Shown: one piece after another, positions 28,896-49,744 of the stretch
Layout of the letters: each line of letters opens with the position of its first letter
How positions within the stretch are numbered: the stretch's first letter is position 1
NCBI GenBank assembly: GCA_000004695.1
Contig: CM000152.2
Span: 4,256,001 to 4,320,000 of the forward strand
Direction: 5' to 3'
DNA: 64,000 nt
Source: Dictyostelium discoideum
Lineage: Eukaryota
Translations under genes and position numbers: made by a program
Notes under the pieces: model-generated
What the model saw: the letters and a program-made list of their open reading frames with translations, nothing else
Told to the model about the DNA's origin: nothing
Database searches by the model: none

Positions 28896-30338
28896 TGATT
28901 GATGGTAATACCGAAGTAACTGGTGGATCAGCACATAATAGTTGGTCAAGTTATACAAATATAAATGAACAATTTCAACAATTATCATTAACATCATCAA
29001 CGACAGCAACAGGATCATCACCAACATCACCAACAGCATTTCAATATCAATCAAAACCAATTGATAAAATGTTTGTGAATACATTATTAATTGAAACAAT
29101 TTTTGAAAAATTATTTTCACAATTAAATCTTAGTGCTTTAAATGAAAATCATTCAACAACTTCTTCTTTACCAATTAGTCAAAATTTAAGTGATGATTCC
29201 TCAAATACAAATACAAATAATAATAATACATCATTTGGTAAAATTTATATTTCAGATAATTTACAACAAAATCCAAACACTGATAAATCATTATCATGTG
29301 GTAAAATTTTTAATAAGATTAAAAATTCAACACCAGAACTTCAATTACAAATAATTGAATATTTAATTAAATTAGTAATAGAGAATCCATATTGTTTACC
29401 AATTCTTAGAAGATTTAATCTTTGGGAATTAATATTTTCTGATAATTTTTATTATTCATCACCACAAGCAACTTTAAATGATGATGATATTGAATATTTA
29501 TTAAATTCAACCACCACTACCACCACCTCATCATCAACTAATATTTCAGAAGAACAATTAAAGAAACGTAAATTATATTTATTTAATGGATTAAGATTAG
29601 GTTGTTTAGGTTTAATTCAATTCTTTTCAACATTTAATAATAGAGATAATTTTGAAGAGATTTGTATAATTTTAACAGAGATGAGAAAATCATTATTAAA
29701 ATCACCAGCATCAGTGATTGAGTTATGTCAATTATTAATTAATATCACTAAATCAAATCCTCAAGGTACAATTCAATCATTGATTAAATTAAGAATTTTC
29801 CAACAAATTCCACAAATGATTCAAGTCCTATTCAAATATGAACAGGCTAGTAACTCTCAATTTGGTTTATTACATAAGAAAGCTAGAAATATCATTTTCT
29901 CTTATCTAGGCCAATTGATAGTTCACGAAGAATTATCTTATCATGCAGTTGTTGAAAAAGAATTGATAGATGTTTTATTTTTATTATTAAGAAAAGTTGA
30001 AACTAAAACTTTTTCAATTACTCAAATATTTTTCTTAATGAAATTAAATGTTTCATCTTCTTCACCATCAGTTACAACTTTATTATCTTCTTCTTCACAA
30101 GTATTAAATTCATATCAACAACAACAACAACAACCACAACAACAATCATCACAACCACAACAACAATCATCACAACCACAACAAATTCCACAATCCCAAC
30201 TACAACAACAAAATCAAACACAGTCATTACAATCATCATCATTATCATCAACATCATTATTATTAACATCACAACATCAACAACCATCAACATCATTATT
30301 ATCAACATCACAGTTTTCATCATCATCATCCTTATTGC

Positions 30339-30421
<83 letters not shown>

Positions 30422-30441
30422 CCACAACTACTACAACAAAC

Positions 30442-30484
<43 letters not shown>

Positions 30485-30706
30485 GTTCAAACTCCATCAT
30501 CACCTCAAACATTAGCATCATTATTAGGAAATTCAAGTTCAAATACATTAACATCATCATCATCAACATTATCATTAAATGAATCATCAACATTATCAAG
30601 ATTACCAACATCAAATAATTTATCAGAATTATATAGGACATATATTTCCGAGTTATCAATGATTAAAGAAGAGACATCATGTACTTATGATTTTAAATTT
30701 GATTAA
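26030..30706 (+). CDS. Large low-complexity protein (about 1530 aa) with globular N- and C-terminal regions and an ARM/HEAT-like C-terminus. Exons 26030..26470, 26558..30706
   Basis: Exon 1 ([18 protein letters not shown]...STNSEV) ends at a GTATGT donor. The acceptor ttttAG at 26557 continues [21 protein letters not shown]... in frame. The track M at 26573 is a TTG. Non-repetitive segments ([23 protein letters not shown]; [56 protein letters not shown]) argue for real coding. The stop lies only 8 bp before the next gene's ATG. Confidence 0.6.
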
Positions 30707-30714
30707 TTTTATCA

Positions 30715-31035
30715 ATGTTGGATGGTATTAGACAAATTATTAAAAACAATCCAAAGAAACAAAATCTATTTAAAAAGTTTCGTGTTTTCATTAAAATCGT
30801 TAACTTGGTTAATGCTGATGATAAAAAAGAACGTTTGTCAGTTTTATGTCATTCAGTATTACGTACTGTAATTTTATTAATGGCAAATAATCCAAAAATT
30901 AAAAAACATTTTCGTAATCATATTGGTTATGATACAATTAAAGATTTAATTATTAAATCTGAAGGTATTGTTTCTGAAACAACAATGAATATTTTATTTG
31001 ATATGGTAATTATTTTTAATTTAATAATGATAATC

Positions 31036-31124
<89 letters not shown>

Positions 31125-31147
31125 TTGAAATAATATTAATATTAATA

Positions 31148-31187
<40 letters not shown>

Positions 31188-34100
31188 TTGTTGATGGTGA
31201 ATTTGATATTGAATATAAATATGTTATTCAAAATCCAGATTCATGTTTATTAATATTTAATTTATTAAAATATTTCCCAACTAAATTACAACATGAAATA
31301 TTGGATAGATTTACAGTGATGGTAGAGAAATGTACAACTAATCAATCAGTTTGTTGTAATTGTCATTTAATTTATAATTTATTAGAGGCAATTTATAAGG
31401 GTCAACCAATGGAAGTTACAACAAAGATATTGAAATTAATTGAAAGATTAGGTATTCATAGTGTTACAGTTAGAGAATTAAAGAAATTATTTGGTTTATT
31501 AAAGAGTGAACAAGGTGATTATCTTCCTCCAACAACATCGGCTCTATTGACAACATTACAAAATATATCAAATTCACGTAATCCAGGACCACAGGTTTAT
31601 TTCGATTTCGATGGAAAAGATAGTTGTATCATATTGCCAACATTTGATAAATGGCCATTTCCAAAGGGTTTTTCATTTTGTACTTGGGTTAGAATTGAAT
31701 CATTTGTTGATCCAACCGGTACACCAGAGTATAAACCAAGATTATTTAGTTTCCTCTCTGATAGTGGTTGTGGTATTGAGGTGTTGTTCATTTATCAACA
31801 ACTTCAAGTATTGACAGTGAATAATCACCAAAGTAAAGCCGTATTTCAATCACCACCTACCTTTGTCGAAAGGGAATGGTATTTCGTATCGGTGGTTTAT
31901 TCAATTAATTTAATCTCTTCTAATGAGATTAGAATTTATATTAATGGTCAACAGTCAGCGAAATCATCCATTAAATTGAATATATCAGGTACACTTTGGA
32001 ATCATTTCAAAATTGGTAATAATAGTAAGAAAATGTCTGGTGAACGTGAATGTCCACTCTATGGTCAAATGGGTGCTTTCAACATTTTCGATGAATCATT
32101 ATCACCAAGTCAAATTCAAGCAATCTATACATTGGGTCCAAATTTTAATACCTCTTTTCAAGATGTTGAAGGTTCAACTAAATCTGCTCACACTTTTGAA
32201 TCTTCACTTACTAGTCATCTCTTTTTAAATTATAATTGTCGTGCATTAGATGGTGATCTTTGTTTAGATAATACACCCGATATTGGTGGTGATAAAAATT
32301 ATGATGCAACTTTAGTCTCAATTAATCCATGTGTATCAAGAGATATTAAAGATATTATCTATTGTTTAGGTGGCATTAAAGTATTATTTCCATTAATTCA
32401 ACAAATTAATAATCCAATATCACCTTTATCTTTAGAATTAATTACAAATGAAAATAATAATAATAATAATAATAATTTATCATTGTCATCACAACAACAA
32501 ACATTAGAACAATTACAACAATCTATAAATATTAAATTAACAAATCAAGTTTTAGCATTATTTAAATTTATGTTAAAAGAGAGTGAAGCAAATCAAGAGG
32601 AAATGTTACGTTGTCAAGGTTTCTCTGTTATGGGTTATTTATTACAACAAATTTCACCAGAATATCTAACGATTGGATGTACAAATATCTTTATTGATAT
32701 GTCAAATCAAATTTCTGATCCAACATTGGTTGAAGAGGTGTATAGTAATTTAATGTTAAATTTCTGTATTTGGATTAAAACTAAATATGAATTACAAAGA
32801 AATCTATTGGTAATCATTAAACAAATCGTTTTTGAAAAGTATGATCAAGTCTCTGATATCATTACAGTTCAATTGATATTAGATATAATGAATGATTTCT
32901 ATTGGTATGATGATTCAAAGAATGAAGCACATCGTAATCATCATTTCTTTAATAAAGATATCTTATCGAAACGTCCTTCAATTTCAAATATTCGAGAATT
33001 ACGTCAAATCCTATTTGAAGTTTTACGTATTCTATTACGTCATCAAAAATCAACAGATATTCAAGCTATCATTAAATTTTTAATTTATTGTAAAGATTAT
33101 CAACAATTAATTGAAATGATGGAATTTGTATTAGGTTTATTACCATCATTAGATAATATTAATAATAATAATAATAGTGGTAATAATAATAGTAATAGTA
33201 GTGGTAATAATAATAATAATAATGGTAATAATAAAAATATTAATTTTGGATTAAGTAGTTCAGGTTTAAATGGTAATGGTCATAATTGTCAACAATTTTT
33301 TGATGAAATTATGGGATTAGGTGGTACAGATGTATTTTTAACATTATTAAAGATTGATGATGAAGGTGTTAGAAATACTGCTATTCAATTGATTAGTAAA
33401 ATTCATGGATTATGTAATCATTCTCAAAATAAAAAACATAAAGCAAATTTATTTCAAGATTCAATTATTATTACTCGTTGTTTACATACATTCCCAATGA
33501 CAGAGGAAACTTTTAGATATTTATTATCGTTTGCTATGGGTTACGATTTTACACCTGCAAATAGCACCAGTCACAATAATGGTCAAATGGTACCACCATG
33601 TTTAGATAAACATAAAGTCATAAAGAATAATGAGATCCTATCGGTTATATTCAAACTACTATCAAATACTGATGTTATATTGGTTCAAACGGTTTTACAA
33701 GAGATTAAACTCTACATATCCAATGAAGAATCATCACATGTCAATAGAAATGCATGTCTATCAATTGATAAATGGTTCGATCATTTATTCGCAATCATTA
33801 GTAGTGTAGAGAAAACCGATACTCAATATTCAAATGTAACGGATTTAATCATTGATATCATAAAGATTTTGGTAATTCATTCATTCGATGAATCAAAAGG
33901 TATTCAAAAAACATTGGAAATCGTATTGGCAACTCTTAGACCTTATGATGAACGTGGTGTATTAGATTATCATTCATTGGCTCGTACTTTATTTTTAAAT
34001 ATCGTTCAATCCATTAAATCTAAAGCTCTAACTACCATTGGTGATAATCAATCACCATTAAAGAAATCAAAGAAAGCTTTTATTGAAAATTTAATTCAAT

Positions 34101-35099
34101 TCTTTATTTTAACTGAAGAATTTATATTTTATTCTCCAAAAGGTGGTAATCATGATTTACATTCAAGTTTATCATCAATTAGAACTTCAATTTTAGGTGG
34201 TGGCGGTGGTTTCAATGAATTTGGTATTGGTAGTAGTACTATAGTTACTTCATCAGCTCATTCAGCATCATCTTCAGTTCATAGTAGTTTTGATGGTAGT
34301 TTCTCTCCATCTTCACCACAATTATTATCATCATCAACTTCATCAACATCACAATTACAACAACAACAACAACTTCAACAACTTCAACAACTTCAACAAC
34401 AAGGTCAATCAAAGAGTGGATCAAATACACCTTCAAATAGTAATCATGGTAGTTATAATTATAATAATAATAATTCACCAAATTTAATATCATCTTCAAA
34501 TTCTTTATTAAATTCACCATCATCAATTGGTCAATCATTATCTTCATCATTTAGTTTATCATCATCATCAAAAGAAGTTAATATTGGTGGTGGTGGGGGT
34601 ATTGGTGGTTTTAGTAAATTACATTATAATAGTGAAACTAAAGAATGGGAAGATACATTATTAGTTAAAGAGATACTTGATCTAGTTGATACATTAAAGC
34701 TATTGGATAATTTAAGTGAAAGTGATTTTTCAACTTCAAATATTCAAGCAACAACATCAAAATCAACATCAAATTTAATGTTTACAACTCATTATCATAG
34801 AATTTTCCTAAGATTTACATTGGAAGCAATTAAAATTTGTAATAAACAAGAACCTTTACAAACTTTGATGTCTCATGTTATGAGATTGAAAACACTCTCT
34901 GAAAAAGATCGTCAAAAAGTAGAAAATGATACAATGAGTAATAATAGATTAACTTTTATTTTATCTCATTTAGCTAAAGCATTAAGATCAATCATTGATT
35001 TAAATTTACCATTACATCAAAAAGCATTAGTACCATTAATGAAAGATATCATTCGTAAATTAAATTCAACATTAATTAGTACATTATCAAAACAGCAGC

Positions 35100-35161
<62 letters not shown>

Positions 35162-38100
35162 ATTCATCAACATCAATCTGTATCAGGTCCTTTAAATCTT
35201 TACCAATTATCATTACCCCAATCAGCATTGTCGCAATCTCAACAATTTATAATTCAACAAACTCAACAAATTTTAAATGGTGTTGGAGTTGGTGCAGGAA
35301 ATTCATCACCATCGTCATCATCATCATCATCATCAAACTCTGTAAACATTGATCAAAGTGAAATATCAGGATGGGTTGAAGAATTAACTGACTCAAGTAG
35401 AATTGTCGAATTTTGTTCAATTGTTGTTACATCACCAAGATGGTCACAAATCGTTCAATATATTGATAATCAAACTTATTTTACAACAGTTGAAGAGAAA
35501 TCACTTTATTCTTGGTTAGAGAAGAGAAAGAAGAAATTAACAAAGGTTGTATTGAATACTGATGAAAAAGAAGCAGAATCATTCAATGCCGCAGAGAGAA
35601 AAGCTGATAATGATTTGAATTCAATTCATGTTAAACTTTGGATGCCAGAATGTGAAAGACGTGCATTACATCTTTATAAAGCAAGAGAATTACGTAATCA
35701 AACCACTGTTCAATGGAGAAAGATTTTAAGATCTCTAACTAATGAACGTGGTCCTTGGGGTACAACTGAATCAATCGTTCATTGGAAATTAGATAAAACT
35801 GAAAACTCTTCAAGAATGAGAATTAAATTAAAAAGAAATTATAAATTTGATGAACATTTAAATTGTGCAATTAATGATTCAGAAATTCAAGATGATCATA
35901 ATAATAGTAATAGTAATAATAATAATGATTCAAATAATTCTGATGGTGAACATTTATCAGAAAGTGCAAATTTACTCTCAATTAAACCAAATGAAAAACA
36001 ACAACAACAACAACAAAGTGATGAAGTCGATTCTGATTGGACAATGGTACCAAAGGATATTGATAGTGAAGAAAATATTGATAGTTTAATTCAACAACAA
36101 CAACAACAGCAACATCAACAACAAAAAGAAAAAGAAAAATTAATTTATTCAACAAGTTGTCATTGGATTACACCATCAAGTTGTAAAAAAGGTAAATTAG
36201 AAATTACAACTTTTAATTTAATTTTTACTGAAGAAGAGGAATTACCACCACCATCAACTACCACTACAAATACAACAAATACAACAAATACAAATTCAAC
36301 AACAAATGATTCAACATTTTTAAAAATTAAAAGATGGCCAAATGAAATGATTAAAGATGTTCATTTAAGACGTTATTTATTAAGAGGTAGTGCAATTGAA
36401 ATATTTATGCGTGATAAAACAAATTATTTATTTAATTTCAAAAAGAATGAAAGAAATAAAGTTTATAATAAGATCAATAGTGTAAAGAGAGAGTTTTCAA
36501 AGGAACCAACATTATCACCATCCGATATGTTAAAGAAAGCAACATCAGAATGGCAAGCTAGAAGAATATCAAACTTTGATTATCTAATGACATTGAATAC
36601 AATAGCAGGTAGAACCTATAATGATCTAACACAATATCCAGTATTCCCTTGGGTGATTGCAGATTATACATCACCAGTGTTGGATTTAAATAAAGCAGAA
36701 ACTTTCAGAGATTTATCAAAACCAATTGGTGCATTAAATGAAAAGAGATTGGAAATCTTTAAAGATCGTTATGAATCATTCGATGATCCAGTGATTCCGA
36801 AATTCTATTATGGCAGTCATTATAGTAGTGCTGGTATTGTATTGTTTTATTTAATTCGTTTGGAACCATTCACAACTCAGTTCCTTAATCTTCAAGGTGG
36901 AAGATTCGATCATCCCGATCGTATGTTTGACAGTATAGCATTGGCATGGGATAATTCATTGACCTCTTCAACCGATGTCAAAGAGTTAATACCCGAGTTT
37001 TACTATATGCCAGAGTTTTTAACAAATCATAATCATATCAATTTTGGTATTAAACAAAATGGTATTGGCATTGAAGATGTTCTTTTACCACCATGGGCTT
37101 CATCACCATCGGATTTCATTCGTATCAATAGAGAGGCATTGGAGAGTGATTACGTTTCAAGTCATCTTCATGAATGGATCGATTTAATATTTGGTATTAA
37201 GCAACGTGGTAAACAAGCCAAGGAGGTATTCAATGTTTTCTATTATCTAACTTATGAAGGTTCTGTTGATATCGATTCCATTGAGGATGAAACAACTCGT
37301 CGTGCAACTGAAAGTCAAATCAATAATTTCGGTCAAACACCAACTCAACTCTTTTCAAAGAAACATCATATTCAACGTGATCCTTTGAACGAATCTCATA
37401 TCTCAATTTTGAAAACTCCTCCAAATCAATTACAAGCTTACTTTTTAAAGATTACCAATAAGAATCCAATCGTTTACGTTTACATTCCAGAGCCAAATCC
37501 AATCATGTCCTATTTGGTTGCTGATAAAGTTACGGTCATTGATAAATCTAGAACCACTACCAATCATAAATGGTTCCCTTCCACTCCAAATGATAAGATC
37601 TCACCATTCACTTTTGAATTGGATCCATCTTCAACCACTAAACGTAGAATTGGTTTACCATTTGCAAATGATGTAACAATCTCTCCAAATTGTTTTGCTA
37701 TCACCTCTGATGGTAGATATGTTATTAGTTGTGCTCATTGGGATAATAGTTTCAAACTATCATTTGTTGATAGTGCAAAATTAATTCAAAGTGTTGTAAA
37801 ACATAAAGATACTGTCACTTGTTTATCTTTGGCTTCTGATGGTCAAACTTTAATCACTGGTTCAAAAGATACAACCGTAATGGTTTGGAGAATTGCAACA
37901 ACCAATAAAAGTGGTGCTCCAAAATTCAATGATGTACCTGATCATATTCTTTATGGTCATGATGATGAAATCACCTGTGTAGATGTAAATGTTGGTTTAG
38001 ATATCTCTATCTCTGGTTCAAAAGATGGTACTTGTATCATTCACAACTTAAAACATGGTGAATATGTTAGATCAATTTATTTACCAAGACAATCTCCAAT

Positions 38101-38937
38101 TAGTTTAATTGCAATTTCAAATCAAGGTTATATTGTAATTTATTCACAAGTAAGTAAAAAAAAAACAAAATTTTAATTTAATTTAATTCATTTTTTTTTA
38201 TATTATTTTTTCAATATTTTCATCAATTATTTGCCAAAAAAAAACTTTAATTATATACTACTCTTTTTTTTTTATTATTTTGTTATTTTATTTTAGTGTG
38301 GTAATGATTCATTTGTAAGGATACATTTGAATTTATTTGTTCAACCCACACACACATCACATCCACACCCACACTTTTTTTTTTTCTCACACACCTAAAA
38401 CAAAGGAATATTTAAATCAAAATCTTTTTTTTTTTTTTTTTTGTTTTTTCAATAATACATGTAAATTTCATAAATAATTCGATTTCTCGTTTCGTTTATA
38501 AACAAATATGTTAAATTATAATAATCAATACTAATTTTTATTATAAATTTTTTTTTTTTTTTATTTTAAATTTCAAATTCACTCAGGCCGATTTAATGAT
38601 TTATCTATACAGTATAAATGGTGGACTCTTGAAAACAGTTGATACACACGAAAGATTACATAGTATTATAATAAGTAAAGATTCAGAGTATTTAATTACT
38701 GGTGGCGAAAGAGGGGTTGTTGTTATTAGAACACTTTTCAATTTAAAACCAACTAATCATAAATTAGTGTTTGGAACTCCAATTCATTCTTTAGCCATGG
38801 CATCCGATCAAAAACATTTAATGGTTGGTTTAGAAGATGGTAGATTATTAATTATTGCATCTAATAGTGCATCTCCTCCAACAAATTATTATTCCATTAC
38901 CAAATTCCTCATCTTCATTACCTTCATCATCCAATAA
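30715..38937 (+). CDS. Neurobeachin/LRBA-class BEACH protein (LvsA-like): ConA-like domain, ARM region, PH-BEACH, C-terminal WD40. Exons 30715..31005, 31187..38149, 38587..38937, about 2534 aa
   Basis: The N-terminal exon and following sequence are colinear with the NBEA N-terminus ([17 protein letters not shown] ~ NIRMKFAVLIGLIQVGEV; [20 protein letters not shown] ~ LLVGGEFDLEMNFIIQDAES; [16 protein letters not shown] ~ WPYQNGFTLNTWFRMD). The BEACH domain ([34 protein letters not shown]...[28 protein letters not shown]) is highly NBEA-like. The WD40 region is present (HWDNSFKLS...[11 protein letters not shown]...). Introns at 31006..31186 (GTAATT...AG) and 38150..38586 (GTAAGT...AG) are phase-consistent. 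Confidence 0.85.
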
Positions 38938-39295
38938 ATTTTAAAATTAAAAATAAAATAAATAAAAAATTTATTGGTTAAATAAAAAAAAAAAAAAAAA
39001 AAAACCTTAATATTTAATATATGAATATATTCAACATAACAACATAAAAACCAATTTTCCAAAATTATTTTTAGTTTTATTTTCCAAAAAATTGATTTTG
39101 GAATAAAAAATATTGTGTTTGGTATTTGTTTAAAAAAAAAAGGATTTTATTATAAATTATAATTTTGTTATTATAATATATAGAAAATAAGATGAGAACA
39201 TTTATGTTTTCATGTTTTTGGGTTTTTTTTTTAATTAAAAAGGTATTAAAGTTGGCTGATGGAATTTTTGGGGAGTGTTTTTAATTTTCTATTTA

Positions 39296-39326
<31 letters not shown>

Positions 39327-39824
39327 TTTTTTTTTTTTTTTTTTTTTTTCCAAGCGATGTGGTTGGGTGGGGGAGTGATTAATAAATCTATTTTTAAAAA
39401 ATTTTCTACTCCCTTAAAAATTAGTACTCAATAAACTCTTAAAGATTTATTGTGATTATTACAAAGCAATAGATATGTAATAATTTTTTTTATTTTCAAA
39501 TAGACACTTAAAATAAAAAAAAAAAAAAAAAAACATTTTAATCCCCATTAAACACCAATTTTAATAATCTCACCCAATCCATGAATCAATGTTATTGTTT
39601 GAAATTAAATTATTATTATGAAATAAAAATTTTTTTTTTATTATTTTAAAAAATTTTCTCTATTTTTTTTTTTAATATTTAAATAAAAAAATATGAATTA
39701 GTCTTTTTCCTTTCGAATCATGTTTTGATAAAAAAAAAAAAAATATTTAAACTTTTTGTAAAAAATACATCTAATAATAAAAATAATAATAATAATAAAA
39801 AAAATAATAATAATAAATAATAAA

Positions 39825-40131
39825 ATGAATAAATGTTGTATATGTATTAGTGGTGAACCAGGTGTTGGTAAATCGTCAATTGTCCAACAATTTGTAAAAA
39901 ATGATTTTTCAACACAATATACACCAACTTTAGAGGATTTTTATAATTATGAGTTAAATTTGGATGAAGAAAAATATAATTTGGAAATAATTGATACTGC
40001 TGGTCAAGAAGAATTTTGTGATTTAAAAAATAATTATATATTAAATGGAAATGCATTTATAATAGTTTATAGTATTTGTTGTAAAGGTTCTTTTAAAGAA
40101 GTAGTATGTATTTTAAATTATTTTTTATTTA

Positions 40132-40210
<79 letters not shown>

Positions 40211-40729
40211 TAAAAAAATTAAAAGAAAAATATAATGGATAATATAATAAATATAAAAGATTGTCAAAATATTCCAATAATAATTGTTGGTAATAAAATT
40301 GATATTGACGAAAAAGAAAGAAAAGTCTCAACATTGGAAGGTAAAAATTTGGCCAAACAATTAAATTGTTTGTTTATTGAAACAAGTGCAAAACAAAATT
40401 TAAATATTTCAAAAATTTTTACAACATTGGTAAAAGATTGGAATGAAAAACAACAAAATATTAAAAAATTCTCTAAAAAAAGTTCATACTCAATTAAAAA
40501 CATTAATTGTTCATCAACAGTAAAAAGTAAAGAAAAACAAATAATAATTTCTGATATTAATGCTTATGAAATTTCATTTCAAAATAATAGTCTCAAAAAG
40601 TCAAATAGCTCTGATAATTTTAATCATTCTTCTCATAAAACAACAATTAAAATAAAACAAAATATCAGTGTGGATTCAATTCAAAAGAATAATGGAAAAA
40701 TTTCTAAACCAAAATGCCCTGTCCAATAA
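39825..40729 (+). CDS. Ras-superfamily small GTPase (divergent Ras/Rap-like) with a C-terminal CAAX-like CPVQ. Exons 39825..40103, 40226..40729
   Basis: G1 GEPGVGKSS; effector-region T in YTPTLEDF; G3 DTAGQEEF; G4 NKID after splicing (..SFKEV|KNIMDNIINIKDCQNIPIIIVGNKIDI); G5 ETSAK. The intron 40104..40225 contains (TAT)23. Confidence 0.8.
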
Positions 40730-40975
40730 ATTAAAAATTTGTAAATAGAAAATAATCTTATTTACAACAAATTGTTTAAAATAACTATAACTTGTAAATA
40801 TTAAAAAAAATAAAAATCAAAAAAAAAAAAAAAAAAATTATTAGTATTTTATAAATGAGATCATTATAAATACTGATATATTTTTGTAAAAACATTTTTT
40901 TGAAATTCAGTTTTAAATATGTTTAAAACAAAATAAATTATATATATATATATAATCAAATAATATAAATATTAA

Positions 40976-41032
<57 letters not shown>

Positions 41033-41228
41033 GTTTATTATTATTATTATTATGTTTATTTTATAAAGTAGCTATTCATTTAATTTTATAATGAAAATAA
41101 TTTAATTCTAAAAATTACAACCACTATATTGTTTCACAACATTTATTTTATAATTTTTTTTTATTTTTTTTTTAATTCATAACAAGTTTTTAAAACTTTC
41201 TTTTCTTTATTTTTTCTTTAATTCATAA

Positions 41229-41240
41229 GGGAATCGAACT
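41229..41240 (-). promoter_or_regulatory. exB box downstream of tRNA-Ala
   Basis: ggaatcgaac is the reverse complement of GTTCGATTCC, about 35 bp 3' of the tRNA. Confidence 0.5.
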
Positions 41241-41270
41241 TGTGATCTCATTTCGATCCCTAGAAAAAAA

Positions 41271-41366
41271 TGGAGAAGAAGGGTATCGATCCCTTTACCT
41301 TATGGAACTCTGATTTTCGTTGCTGTTTATGCAAACCATACGCTCTACCATATGAGCTACATCCCC
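41271..41366 (-). tRNA. tRNA-Ala (anticodon UGC) with a 23-nt intron after position 37
   Basis: The reverse complement reads ggggatg-ta-gctc-atatggta-gagc-g-tatgg-ttTGCa[taaacagcaacgaaaatcagagt]t-ccata-aggta-aaggg-atcgata-ccctt-cttctcc-a. G3:U70 is the universal Ala identity pair. Anticodon stem tatgg/ccata is perfect, and the T-stem aaggg/ccctt pairs. One U6:U67 mismatch and A54 are atypical. A T7 terminator lies right after the 3' end. Confidence 0.6.
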
Positions 41367-41610
41367 ATGATGAAATTTCTTAATTTACTGCCCTGTAACG
41401 GCAAAATCTCGTATTTTATCCTGAATTAATGAAACAGTATTTCAAGGAGAGCAACTAATAATTGAATTATTCAATTCGACAAAAAAGCTCTAAATCTTTT
41501 AATAAATTAAATGTCTGAAAATTTAAAAAAGAAAAATAATAGAAAAAATCGATTTTTTTTTTCAAAAAACCATTTTGGAAAATTAATATTTGATTTAAAA
41601 AAATACCCCC

Positions 41611-41649
<39 letters not shown>

Positions 41650-41942
41650 ATATTAATATTGTGAAAGATAATATTTGACTCACGCTATGTAAGACTTGTC
41701 TAGGTTGCATATTCTTGCTATATAATATTTTTGAGTCAACTAAGAAATATATGTAAATGAAAATAAGTTTTTAAAATATTTAAAAAAACAAATGGAAAAA
41801 AAAAAAAAAAAAAAGTTAATTTTGAAGTTCATACTTGATGACTCCTTATTGAACAATCAACATAAAAAAAAAAATAAAAAATAAAAAAAATAAAAAAAAA
41901 TAAAAATAAAATTTTTGGCTTTTTAAATTTTTTTTTTTTTTT

Positions 41943-41995
<53 letters not shown>

Positions 41996-42211
41996 TTGTG
42001 TGTTATATTAATATTAAAAAAAATTTATTGTTATTATTATTTTCTTTTTTTTTTTTTTTTTGAACTAATACAATATAAATATATATATAAAAATATATTT
42101 ATAAAAAAAAAAAAAAAAAGAAAAGTAGAAAGAGGAAAAAACAAAAAACAAAAAAAAAACAAAAAACAAAAAAAAACAATTGCAGATCCATAAAAAAAAG
42201 AAAAAAGAAAA

Positions 42212-45618
<3,407 letters not shown>

Positions 45619-45959
45619 TATTAATTTAAAAAAATAAAAATAAAAAAAATAAAAAAATAAAATAAATAAATAAAAAAAAAATAAAAAAATATATAAAAAA
45701 TAAAATAAAAAATAATAACAATATTAAATAATTAAATAATTTATTTATTATTTTTTTTTTTATAGTTGGAACTTTTGTTTAACATATTAATCTAATTTAT
45801 CTTTTTTCAAGATTTAATTAAGCTTTTTTTACAACCAAAATATCTAAAAAGATATTTTCTTAAATTTTTCTTAATTTTTTTTTTTTTATTTTTTTAAATT
45901 TGTTGGTTGAAAAAAAAAAAAAAAAAAAAAAAAAAAGAATTTTGTTTAATTAATAAAAA

Positions 45960-49349
<3,390 letters not shown>

Positions 49350-49744
49350 TACTTAATATTACCATTTAAAAATAAAAATTTTAAATTTTAGACATTTTTA
49401 TAATCAAAATAATTAAAAATGAAATTTTATTTATTTTTTTTTTTATTTATTTATTTGTTTATTTAATTTTTTTTTTTTTTTATTTTTTTTTTTTTTATTT
49501 ATATATTTTTCACTTATACAGCTATCTCTATTATTGCCCATTAATATTAAAACCTACACCACCTCTGCCTATTTCTCTTTTTGGGATTTATAAATTGCAA
49601 TTTGTATTTATTGAGGAACAAATTTTCAAGAACTCTAATTGGATTTATTTTTGGAAATAAAAAAAAACTGAATTTCTAACCACCAACTTTTTCATTTTTT
49701 TTTTTTTTTTTTTTTTTCAAATATTTTTTTTTTTTATTAATTGA

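Noticed and set aside
30072-30659. 195-aa minus-strand ORF made of poly-Val/Met
   Set aside because: It is the antisense of the (CAA)n/(CAT)n poly-Q/poly-S region of the 26030..30706 gene.
30690-30710. Programmed -1 ribosomal frameshift at TTTAAATTTGATTAA
   Set aside because: There is no properly phased X_XXY_YYZ slippery heptamer and no obvious downstream pseudoknot. An indel, assembly error or two genes are more parsimonious.
30681-30730. Candidate 50-nt intron (GTACTT..tattAG) that would fuse the upstream ORF to the BEACH gene
   Set aside because: Its length is frame-compatible, but the junction creates a TGA codon and the donor is non-consensus. No other donor/acceptor pair in the last 300 bp rescues the frame.
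38340-39600. Search for DUSE-type (CCCA[CT]AA) ncRNA promoters or Class I RNA genes in the intergenic regions 38.2-39.8 kb, 41.4-42.2 kb and 58.0-58.9 kb
   Set aside because: Only imperfect matches (cacccacact, tccccattaa) turned up, with no downstream stem-forming ncRNA-like sequence. Evidence is insufficient to call an ncRNA.
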